Below are positions 26,157-33,587 of a DNA stretch of 34,483 nucleotides, in pieces. A program made the translations under genes and the position numbers. The DNA lies in NCBI GenBank assembly GCA_001817055.1, contig MHHP01000016.1, positions 1 through 34,483 of the forward strand, read 5' to 3'. The notes beneath the pieces are model-generated. The model was not told the origin of the DNA. It was given only the letters and a program-made list of their open reading frames with translations, and made no database searches. Position 1 is the first letter of the stretch; each line of letters opens with the position of its first letter. The stretch is from Candidatus Andersenbacteria bacterium RIFCSPHIGHO2_02_FULL_45_11. GTDB lineage: Bacteria; Patescibacteriota; Andersenbacteria; UBA10190.

Positions 26157-26185
26157 AGTATATGCCAAGAATGTAATATAGTCAA
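26157..26185 (-). promoter_or_regulatory. sigma70-like promoter 7 nt upstream of the antitoxin ATG
   Basis: Minus strand reads TTGACT-N17-TATACT-tatatac-ATG(26149). Confidence 0.55.
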
Positions 26186-26203
26186 TCAACTTTTGCTTAT
26201 TTA

Positions 26204-26231
26204 TTGACATATTTGGTAATAGGATTACAAT
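26204..26231 (+). promoter_or_regulatory. near-consensus sigma70 promoter for the KTSC gene
   Basis: TTGACA(26204-26209)-N16-TACAAT(26226-26231), then 5 nt to the GTG at 26237. Its -35 and the divergent promoter's -35 form the inverted repeat GTCAAT...ATTGAC. Confidence 0.55.
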
Positions 26232-26236
26232 GAGCG

Positions 26237-26509
26237 GTGCCAGATTCGTCGGGCTGGCAACTAATCAACCAAGAATCAAAGCACATGACTCCATATAAAA
26301 ATTTGTCTGGTGATTCGAGTGTCGATGCATACGAATATACAAGCAACAGTATTACTGTTCGATTTAATGACGGCATGCATTACCTATACTCAACACGTCA
26401 AAATCCAATGAGCGAAATCCTGCAAATGCAAAGTTACGCAGATGCTGGCAGCGGTCTAGGCACAATGCTTTCGACCAAGCCATATCATCCACACGATTCT
26501 AAGTGGTAA
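26237..26509 (+). CDS. KTSC domain protein
   Basis: VDAYEYTSNSITVRFNDGMHYLYSTRQNPMSEILQMQSYADAGSGLG fits the KTSC pattern (i..i.Yd...L.V.F..G..Y.Y..vp......l..A.S.G). The start is ambiguous: GTG 26237 or ATG 26285. Confidence 0.65.
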   Translation: MPDSSGWQLINQESKHMTPYKNLSGDSSVDAYEYTSNSITVRFNDGMHYLYSTRQNPMSEILQMQSYADAGSGLGTMLSTKPYHPHDSKW

Positions 26510-26537
26510 TGCAGTTCGAAAAAGTCGCACTTTACTA

Positions 26538-26568
26538 AAGAGTCCGTATACATTGCGGTCTCTTTTTT
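26538..26568 (+). terminator. terminator candidate after the KTSC gene
   Basis: AAAGAGTCC-10 nt-GGTCTCTTT (one mismatch) running into a T run. Overlaps the 3' end of hsdS on the other strand. Confidence 0.4.
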
Positions 26569-27718
26569 ATAATTCCCCCGCAAATGCTTTTTTAAGCACC
26601 GATTTTTTCAATTCCTCCAAATCAGCCAGTTTTTGCGTATAAATCGCCTCAAGTTTTTTCGTTTCCGCCGAAAGCGCATCGAGCTTGGTGACGATAGCCT
26701 TTTGATTGAGGAGTGGAGGGTATGGGATGGGAATAGCATTCAACATCTTTTGATTTAGTTTTGGCTGGGCCATTCCACTAACATACGGATTCAGCTTTAT
26801 AGAATTTAGATAATATTCTACAAACTTTTGAGTATGTATTTTTTCAAACCTTAATATATGCGCGTGGTTATTAACCCATGATTTACCGCTGATGGAGAAT
26901 GCGATTGGATATGTACGAGCCAGTAAGTTTGCCCCATCCTCTGAAACTAAAAGTAAATCATTATCAAAAATATATTCACCAACATAATCCACAACTCCTG
27001 ATGCACCATAATATGGGTATTCGCCAGAAGTACGGAACTTTTTTGTTATAGGGATTCTTTTATTGTCCATATTTTCAGAAATTTCATTCAGTTTTTTCTC
27101 CTCCCAATCCGTACCAGGATTCGCAAAAACACTCTGTAAATATGATCCAAAAAGTTCTTTTGAATTTTGTAGATTTTTTTCAGTATTTTCTTTCGCTTTC
27201 GATATTTTTGAGAGGATATCGTCTAGGATTTTTACGATGCGACGTTGCTCAGCGAGAGGCGGGATATGGAGTTCTAAACTTTGCAGCTTTTGAATTGTCA
27301 GTGTATCGACCGTTGCTCCATTACCTCGGTCGAGTTGGTCGAAAAAGAGGGGCGACTTTAACCACATATTAACGAACTCACTACGTACTTCGATGCCTTG
27401 TTTCAGCCATAAAACGCTTGCATCTTTAAAATAGAATCTGTCACTATCTCGTACCACATACGAATTCCCAATCGTTCCGATTGCAGTTAGGACAATATCA
27501 CCAGCTTGCGGAACTCCCGTTTGTTCCGATAGTTGAGCAAAGTGTTCTTCGGATATATATAATTCATTGTCCACAAAACCGTCGGCAGCCAATCGTGTTA
27601 TTTCCCGCCCACGATAAAAAGGGACTCCGCTTGTCTTCCATTGTGACTTCAAAACACGTTTACTTGAGCCAATTTGATAAAGCTCCCCAAGCTTTTTTGT
27701 TTGCCAGTTAATTTTCAT
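26567..27718 (-). CDS. hsdS: type I R-M specificity subunit
   Basis: Two target-recognition halves, each followed by a conserved helical spacer (LAEQRRIVKILDDILSKISKAKE and LLNQKAIVTKLDALSAETKKLE). The ATG at 27718 overlaps the upstream stop (ATGA). Confidence 0.9.
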   Translation of the reverse strand: MKINWQTKKLGELYQIGSSKRVLKSQWKTSGVPFYRGREITRLAADGFVDNELYISEEHFAQLSEQTGVPQAGDIVLTAIGTIGNSYVVRDSDRFYFKDASVLWLKQGIEVRSEFVNMWLKSPLFFDQLDRGNGATVDTLTIQKLQSLELHIPPLAEQRRIVKILDDILSKISKAKENTEKNLQNSKELFGSYLQSVFANPGTDWEEKKLNEISENMDNKRIPITKKFRTSGEYPYYGASGVVDYVGEYIFDNDLLLVSEDGANLLARTYPIAFSISGKSWVNNHAHILRFEKIHTQKFVEYYLNSIKLNPYVSGMAQPKLNQKMLNAIPIPYPPLLNQKAIVTKLDALSAETKKLEAIYTQKLADLEELKKSVLKKAFAGEL

Positions 27719-28320
27719 AATTTTCCCGAGCTCTGGCAAAAGTCTTTATCTTCTTTTGTAAAATATCTATTACTCTCTATATCTTGGTATTCAAGGTAAA
27801 TTTCATTATCCTTATTAGTTTTTTCAAATTTATTATTGTCATACGATGCATGTATCGCACCTCCAATGGGCAACCACCCCCATTTTTCAAACAAAATAAT
27901 CTTTTTACCAACTTCTTTGCCATTTTCAGTAATAGCCTCCTCTGTAATTTCATTTCCAAAATGGAGTTTGTATTTTTTATGCTGAATAATTATATGTCCA
28001 GAAATATCTTTAACAATGTTTTTTTGGTTTAGAAACTCTAAAGTAAAGCCATTGCTTTGAATATCTGAGGTAGAATTCACTTTCCAGTCCAATATTTTTC
28101 CTTGCCTCAAAATTACAGGCCTTAGAGCTGATTCAACGGTCTGATTGGCCATTCTGTGCGTGTCATACGCATACCAAATCAAAACTATTAAAGTAGCTAT
28201 CAATGCGAGTAAATTCAATGGTGCATAGAGTTCCGGGAATTCAAAAATTCCCACCACGATAACAGTGCCGAAAATAATCAACAAAACATCTATTCCGATT
28301 TCTTTTGCATGCCACGTCAT
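27715..28320 (-). CDS. unknown 2-TM membrane protein with ~140-aa soluble C-terminal domain (gene Y)
   Basis: TM helices IDVLLIIFGTVIVVGIF and LNLLALIATLIVLIWYAY. ATGA overlaps at both ends (28317-28320 and 27715-27718). No family recognised. Confidence 0.7.
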   Translation of the reverse strand: MTWHAKEIGIDVLLIIFGTVIVVGIFEFPELYAPLNLLALIATLIVLIWYAYDTHRMANQTVESALRPVILRQGKILDWKVNSTSDIQSNGFTLEFLNQKNIVKDISGHIIIQHKKYKLHFGNEITEEAITENGKEVGKKIILFEKWGWLPIGGAIHASYDNNKFEKTNKDNEIYLEYQDIESNRYFTKEDKDFCQSSGKL

Positions 28321-28901
28321 AATTGCAAGAATTTTTGAAGTAGCGGCTGTAGAATTTGCCAAATCGTCAAAGAATTCGCTGTAACTGAAATTGTTTCCGA
28401 AATGCCGCTCATAAGAGTTTTAATAACCGTCTTTTTACGATTTTCCGACTTCTGAAACAGTTCTTTAGTAATTACATCTAGACTTTCAAGAACTTCGCTC
28501 TGCTGCTCTTTCGATAAACCTTGTTCACTTAAAATTGCTTCTGAAAACTTTTTTATATTTTCTGCAAGCTCTATCTGTGATACTGAATATAAAGTATCAA
28601 TGGTTTGATCTAAATTTTGAATATTACTTGTATTGAGTATACCGATCTGGCTATCATTTATCGCGATATGATTAACTGTCGACCCTGCAACTAATATTGA
28701 TCTTTTTAATGGGTATCTGGCGCCAGTAGAAATGCCAAACATGGAGTCAATCGAATCGTGAATATAATTCATTTCTTCGCGCAATGCATCACTCTGTTTC
28801 TGCACCGTTCCTTGTAATAGCGCCCAGCATTGTAAGCATAAGGGGATTTTTTGTGGTCCTACCTCGCCCACAGCATTATTATCGCATTGGTTACACTTCA
28901 T
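28317..28901 (-). CDS. unknown zinc-ribbon plus helical protein (gene X)
   Basis: N-terminal CNQC-x15-CLQC. The C-terminal ~90 aa are helical/coiled-coil-like (ELAENIKKFSEAILSEQGLSKEQQSEVLESLDVITKELFQKSENRKK). The ATG overlaps the hsdM stop (ATGA 28898-28901). Confidence 0.7.
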   Translation of the reverse strand: MKCNQCDNNAVGEVGPQKIPLCLQCWALLQGTVQKQSDALREEMNYIHDSIDSMFGISTGARYPLKRSILVAGSTVNHIAINDSQIGILNTSNIQNLDQTIDTLYSVSQIELAENIKKFSEAILSEQGLSKEQQSEVLESLDVITKELFQKSENRKKTVIKTLMSGISETISVTANSLTIWQILQPLLQKFLQL

Positions 28902-30349
28902 ATTAATTTTTTAATATCAATGAGAAGCTTTCCATTTTCCTTATCCAACTTACCCATTTCCTCCAGTATCTCTTTCGGCTCACGCAAAAGTTCTTCATCC
29001 GTTTTGGTTGGATTTTTGACGGATAAATCGAATGTTACTTGGTTTATGCCTTCTATCTTTACGCTCCAAGAATTTTTGCTGTCTGCGTTGATTTTTTGGA
29101 GTTCTACAAATTCTGCTAAATCATTTTCGTTCAGCGGATTACCTTTGCCAAGATTGCGATCGAGATTGAGTTGGTAATACCAAATTTTCTTCGTCGGCTT
29201 ACCTTTTTCGAAAAAGAGTACAATAGTTTTTACTCCGGCGCCTTGAAAGGTACCACCCGGCAAATCAAGCACTGCATAAAGACTACAAGTTTCCAGTAGA
29301 AGCTTACGCAAAGAAACTGATGCGTTATCGGTATTTGAGAGAAATGTATTTTTAATAACTATGCCAGCCCTGCCGCCCGCTTTGAGAATTTTTATAAAAT
29401 GCTGGAGAAAAAGAAACGCAGTTTCGCCCGTTTTAATAGGAAAGTTCTGTTGAATTTCTCGCCCAATACCTGCACCAAATGGTGGGTTCGCCAGTACAAT
29501 ATCGTAGCGGTCTTTTTCTTGAATGTCGTTAATATTTTCTGCGAGCGTATTGATGTGTTTGATATGCGGCGCTTCAATGCCATGCAATATCATATTCATA
29601 ATGCCGATAATATAGGCCAAGGATTTTATTTCTTTGCCATAGAACGTTTTATTTTGCAGTATCGCCATTTGGCTGGAAGAAAGCTTTGTTTGGTTTTGCG
29701 TAAGGTAGTTAAACGCTTCCACCAAAAACCCTGCGCTACCGCACGCACCATCGTAAATAGTTTCTCCAATTTTTGGCGCAACTACTCTAACTATAGTTTT
29801 GATAAGCGGGCGCGGCGTATAGTACTCTCCCCCGTTACGTCCGGCATTCCCCATGTTCTTGATTTTTGATTCATATAAGTGCGATAGCTCATGCTTTTCT
29901 TCGTATAAACGGAAATGCATATCATCCACAATATTCAAAATTTCCCGCAATTTATATCCGCTAGAAATTTTGTTCTTCAGTTCTGAAAAAATTTCACCTA
30001 TTTTATATTCGATTGTATTTGGATCTTCTGCTTTAAATTTTTTCAAGTACGGGAAAAGGTTAACATTTACAAATTCTTTTAGGTCATCGCCATCCAACGC
30101 CTTGCTATGCTCAAGTTTATTGTCCGCCCCCTTAGGGCAAGCCCACGCATTCCAACGATACTCGGGAGCTAAAATATATTCATAACTCTTCCCCGCAAGT
30201 GCGAATTCCGTCTTCTTCGTTTCTTCCAGATCATCAAGGTATTTTAAAAACAAGATCCATGACGTTTGCTCTACATAATCAAGCTCTGTTGCAGAGCCAG
30301 AATCTGTATGTAGAATATTGTCTATATTTTTAAATGCTTGTTCAAACAC
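28898..30349 (-). CDS. hsdM: type I R-M DNA methyltransferase subunit (N6-adenine)
   Basis: HsdM N-terminal ELDYVEQTSWILFLKYLDDLE. SAM motif I YDGACGSAGFL. Motif IV VLANPPFG. GTG start. Confidence 0.93.
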   Translation of the reverse strand: MFEQAFKNIDNILHTDSGSATELDYVEQTSWILFLKYLDDLEETKKTEFALAGKSYEYILAPEYRWNAWACPKGADNKLEHSKALDGDDLKEFVNVNLFPYLKKFKAEDPNTIEYKIGEIFSELKNKISSGYKLREILNIVDDMHFRLYEEKHELSHLYESKIKNMGNAGRNGGEYYTPRPLIKTIVRVVAPKIGETIYDGACGSAGFLVEAFNYLTQNQTKLSSSQMAILQNKTFYGKEIKSLAYIIGIMNMILHGIEAPHIKHINTLAENINDIQEKDRYDIVLANPPFGAGIGREIQQNFPIKTGETAFLFLQHFIKILKAGGRAGIVIKNTFLSNTDNASVSLRKLLLETCSLYAVLDLPGGTFQGAGVKTIVLFFEKGKPTKKIWYYQLNLDRNLGKGNPLNENDLAEFVELQKINADSKNSWSVKIEGINQVTFDLSVKNPTKTDEELLREPKEILEEMGKLDKENGKLLIDIKKLI

Positions 30350-30355
30350 ATGCTA

Positions 30356-30384
30356 AATATAGCCGTAAATTTGCCGGTTTACAA
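30356..30384 (-). promoter_or_regulatory. sigma70-like promoter 6 nt upstream of the hsdM GTG
   Basis: Minus strand reads TTGTAA(30379-30384)-N17-TATATT(30356-30361)-tagcat-GTG(30349). No SD. Confidence 0.4.
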
Positions 30385-30408
30385 CATGAAATACGTACGG
30401 TTTGCGAA

Positions 30409-30436
30409 CATGGATCCCCGCATTCGCGAGGATGAC
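30409..30436. repeat. short REP-like element, CATGGATCCCC...CGAGGATGAC
   Basis: Shares both termini with the longer element at 31168-31219. Lies directly downstream of the radC stop. Confidence 0.5.
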
Positions 30437-30437
30437 G

Positions 30438-31145
30438 CTATTTCAACAACCCTTCTGTACGAAAGCTAAAATGATCGGTTTTGGTGACGATGACGTGATC
30501 TAGCAGACCTATGCCCATGAGCGTGCCAGCTTCTGCGAGGCGTTGCGTTACCGCAAAATCAGCTTCGCTGGGGTGTGGATCGCCAGAGGGATGATTATGA
30601 GCTACGGCGATGCTTGCGGCATGGTGGGATATGGCGATTTCGAACGTTTCGCGCGGATGCACGAGGCTGGAATTTAATGTGCCAACGGTAACGGGATCCG
30701 TACTCGCTACACGATTGCGATTATCGAATGAGATAACGAAAAAGTGTTCCCTATTCCAATCACGCATTTTCTTACGAACAATCTCTGCTATTTGGTTAGC
30801 CATTGCCACGGCTTCAGAATTGTTTTTCTTGCGCTCTTTCTTACGCTCCACTTTTATAACCCGTCTGGCAATTTCAAGACTGGCTTTGAGCTGCAACGCT
30901 TTTGCGGGGCCAAGGCCTTTGATTTGTTGCAAGTCTTCGAGCGATGCATTCACGATGGCCTCTAGAGTTTTAAACTGTTTCATTAAATCGCGCGCAATAT
31001 TCATAACCGATTGGCCGGCCACTCCCCTGCCAAGCAATACGGCTAGTAGTTCTTGCGCGGATATTTTATCAGCCCCTTCGCGCACCATACGTTCACGCGG
31101 ACGTTCATCGAGAGGCAAGTCGTGAACTGTGAAAGAATCGGACAT
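30438..31145 (-). CDS. radC: RadC-like JAB/MPN domain protein
   Basis: HhH-containing N-terminus (LEDLQQIKGLGPAKALQL) and JAMM motif HNHPSGDPHPSEAD. Confidence 0.9.
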   Translation of the reverse strand: MSDSFTVHDLPLDERPRERMVREGADKISAQELLAVLLGRGVAGQSVMNIARDLMKQFKTLEAIVNASLEDLQQIKGLGPAKALQLKASLEIARRVIKVERKKERKKNNSEAVAMANQIAEIVRKKMRDWNREHFFVISFDNRNRVASTDPVTVGTLNSSLVHPRETFEIAISHHAASIAVAHNHPSGDPHPSEADFAVTQRLAEAGTLMGIGLLDHVIVTKTDHFSFRTEGLLK

Positions 31146-31167
31146 TATGGCTATTTTATCATGGTTG

Positions 31168-31219
31168 CATGGGTCCCCTGGTCAAGCCTGCCTACCGGTC
31201 AGGCAGGTCCGAGGATGAC
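31168..31219. repeat. REP-like element CATGGGTCCCC...CCGAGGATGAC with internal hairpin
   Basis: Internal stem CCTGCCT-accggtc-AGGCAGG. Same termini and orientation as 30409-30436. Lies 23 nt upstream of the radC ATG. Confidence 0.5.
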
Positions 31220-31222
31220 AAC

Positions 31223-31396
31223 TCACTTCCCGCCAGATGCTTTTACGAAATTACTGTGCATGGTGGCGATGCCTGACACTTCCATACCTGCAAACATGTT
31301 TTCGGCTATTTGGGAACTATCACGGAATTCGCTGTCTTTTTCGAGAACGCCCGGATGCACTTCAAATGCGCGCGTAAAACGATTATCAGGCCAAAT
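31223..31396 (-). pseudogene. out-of-frame C-terminal remnant of the Pif1/RecD-like helicase
   Basis: A 57-codon open stretch in another minus-strand frame reads IWPDNRFTRAFEVHPGVLEKDSEF.... This resembles the C-terminal tail of Pif1-like helicases. It is too short for the ORF track. Confidence 0.4.
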
Positions 31397-32462
31397 CTAG
31401 GCTGATACCTTGGCTTTTATGGACTGTTATAGCCCACGCAAGGCGTAAGGGTAATTGCGTTATAGATGCTAGCACCCTGCCGTTATCTTCCACGCCCCAA
31501 TCCATTTCTTCCACGTCTATCTTGCGCCCTTCTTTTGTTTTTACTATGGGGTGACCATCCAGCTTACTAAAACCCTGTACAGTGCCGAGCGTTCCGTTTA
31601 CGAAATGTTCTTTCTGGTTATTCTTGGTGAACATTACTGCTGCCCCTATTTTTAACGAGAGGCGTTCTGGCGATAAGCACCCTTTTTGCAAACTTGCCAC
31701 CAATGCCTTTGCGCCTTTTGCGCGCATAGTAAATAGTTTTGCCTCGCCTGGTATCTTATTCAAGATATCCGTATTCACCCTATCTACGTCAACGTTATGG
31801 GAAAATAGCTTGGGAATATTTTGCGGAGCTGCGTGTTCACTTGTTCTTCTTTTTTCTAAATGCTCTATATGAATTGCATCGAAGCTATTACTGCGAATAG
31901 CTGATAGTAATTCTAAAAATGGTGTGTCATCTTGCCGATGCTGTTCGCTGATGTAGCACACAATAGGATTGGCCTCACGCCACGCAAGAGCGTCGTATGC
32001 AAAGGAGGTTGCCTGCGAGGTTCGGTTTACGGGCGGTAATTGGAAAAAATCCCCCACCAAAATAACTTGCAGGCCGCCAAACGGTTCTGGGGAATCTTTA
32101 ACTGCCCTACACACAGCATCCACCATATCGATCATATTTGATGCCAGCATAGACACTTCATCTATAATGAGCACACGGGCACGGCTGATTCTCTTGGTGA
32201 TGTATTCTCGCGAAGCGATGGCGTCTATATCATACTTGCTCAGACTATTCTTTATTCCGATTCCGCTCCATGAGTGGATGGTGATGCCGCCAATGTGCGT
32301 AGCCGCAATGCCTGTTGATGCCGTAATGGCAACGTCTATTTTATGCTCACGAAGATAGCGAACGTACTGATTTATAGTATGTGTTTTACCCGCACCCGGC
32401 TCCCCGGTGAGAAACACGTTGGCTCCTGTCTTTAAAATAGTAAGCGCCTCTTCTTGGGTCAT
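31386..32462 (-). CDS. Pif1/RecD-like SF1B helicase, ORF terminates just after motif V
   Basis: Walker A GEPGAGKTH, Walker B LIIDEVSML, VGDFFQLPPV, motif V ITVHKSQGISLD, then a stop. No YVA(L)SR motif VI. ATG at 32462. Confidence 0.8.
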   Translation of the reverse strand: MTQEEALTILKTGANVFLTGEPGAGKTHTINQYVRYLREHKIDVAITASTGIAATHIGGITIHSWSGIGIKNSLSKYDIDAIASREYITKRISRARVLIIDEVSMLASNMIDMVDAVCRAVKDSPEPFGGLQVILVGDFFQLPPVNRTSQATSFAYDALAWREANPIVCYISEQHRQDDTPFLELLSAIRSNSFDAIHIEHLEKRRTSEHAAPQNIPKLFSHNVDVDRVNTDILNKIPGEAKLFTMRAKGAKALVASLQKGCLSPERLSLKIGAAVMFTKNNQKEHFVNGTLGTVQGFSKLDGHPIVKTKEGRKIDVEEMDWGVEDNGRVLASITQLPLRLAWAITVHKSQGISLDLA

Positions 32463-32650
32463 CAAAGAGATCCTATTTTGAGTAACCGACGATTATGGCT
32501 TGGGGATGTGTTAAGCGCCGGAAAATCCTCAACATGCACCCATGCGAGGCCCGTTGATTTATGAAGTGCTTCCAATTCATCAAATGGCACATAGCCTTTA
32601 AGCAATTCTACGAGTGGTTGATCTTCTTCCATAGAACTACTGTAGCTCAT
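32462..32650 (-). CDS. small hypothetical ORF (62 aa)
   Basis: Its stop overlaps the helicase ATG by 1 nt (TGATG). No RBS and no recognisable domain. Confidence 0.3.
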   Translation of the reverse strand: MSYSSSMEEDQPLVELLKGYVPFDELEALHKSTGLAWVHVEDFPALNTSPSHNRRLLKIGSL

Positions 32651-32728
32651 TTTGGCTTTGTATGAAAAAGCCTATCGGGAACAGCAAGAAGAATTACCGC
32701 CATGTGACTCCGCTCAGGGCGATTTTGG

Positions 32729-33151
32729 TTATTTTATTAGCACGCTTACGAGCACGCCAGCTGTTACAAGTATGCCACCCAACACATTACCAACAGTTGG
32801 TTTTTCGCTTAAAAATACAAATGCGAGAATAATTGTAAGCGCAACACTCAGCTTATCAATCGGTGCTACGCGCGATGCTTCGCCGAGTTGTAATGCCTTG
32901 TAGTAAAAGAGCCACGAAAGCCCGGTAGCAATGGCAGAAAGAATAATGAAGGTCATGGAGTATTTGGAGATCTTTGCAATATCCCCCACGTTCCCCTGAA
33001 ACCATACAATAACCCATGCGAAACCGACAATCACCACGGTACGGATTGCAACTGCAAGATTACTATCTACTCCCTTGATTCCAATTTTCCCAAATATTGC
33101 CACAAGCGATGCAAAGAAGGCGGAGGCAATGGCGTAGATAATCCAGTTCAT
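32729..33151 (-). CDS. EamA-like small transporter (single EamA domain, 140 aa)
   Basis: Five hydrophobic segments. IYAIASAFFASLVAIFGKIGIKGVDSNLAVAIRT and PIDKLSVALTIILAFVFLSEK are typical of EamA. The ATG overlaps the upstream stop (ATGA). Confidence 0.8.
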   Translation of the reverse strand: MNWIIYAIASAFFASLVAIFGKIGIKGVDSNLAVAIRTVVIVGFAWVIVWFQGNVGDIAKISKYSMTFIILSAIATGLSWLFYYKALQLGEASRVAPIDKLSVALTIILAFVFLSEKPTVGNVLGGILVTAGVLVSVLIK

Positions 33152-33534
33152 AATGTTGCTATTTTATCATGGATCCGGAATGTTGCTATTGCGAGCAACG
33201 GCAGCTGAAAAAGCGGTGAAAGTCCGATCCCAAGCACAGTTGGCATCAGATGGCTATACGCCCAGCGACCTTCTATAAGAGCGCGCTGTTCGATAATGAC
33301 TGCTACGAGTAGCAGTATACATGCGGAAACCATATAGCGATGCCGCTTGTTCGGCGTATCAATGAAGTAATATACGCAGGTGATAATTACTGCGTCCCAT
33401 ACGCTAGCCTTTAGACAAAGTATCCAACAATCCCAACCTGAAACGCTTACACTGTATAGAGGCATTTGAACAAGCTCCCACACGGCATTGAGAATAAACG
33501 CTATGGCAAAAATAGATGCTAAACGCTTCAACAT
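33148..33534 (-). CDS. hypothetical polytopic membrane protein
   Basis: Four hydrophobic segments. First in-frame ATG is at 33534 (the track start at 33561 is TTG). Coupled to the EamA gene. Confidence 0.6.
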   Translation of the reverse strand: MLKRLASIFAIAFILNAVWELVQMPLYSVSVSGWDCWILCLKASVWDAVIITCVYYFIDTPNKRHRYMVSACILLLVAVIIEQRALIEGRWAYSHLMPTVLGIGLSPLFQLPLLAIATFRIHDKIATL

Positions 33535-33587
33535 TAGTTGCAGTATACATGGATTGCCCAATCAAGTTGGGCAATGACAACGAATTA

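Noticed and set aside
26567-27718. Phase-variable hsdS shufflon
   Set aside because: There is only one hsdS, with no inverted hsdS fragments and no recombinase gene in the window.
30610-31400. Plus-strand ORFs of 171, 73 and 115 aa over radC and its upstream region
   Set aside because: They are antisense to radC (JAMM motif on the minus strand), or they span REP-like elements and the helicase remnant. Their translations are Arg/Ser-rich and non-protein-like.
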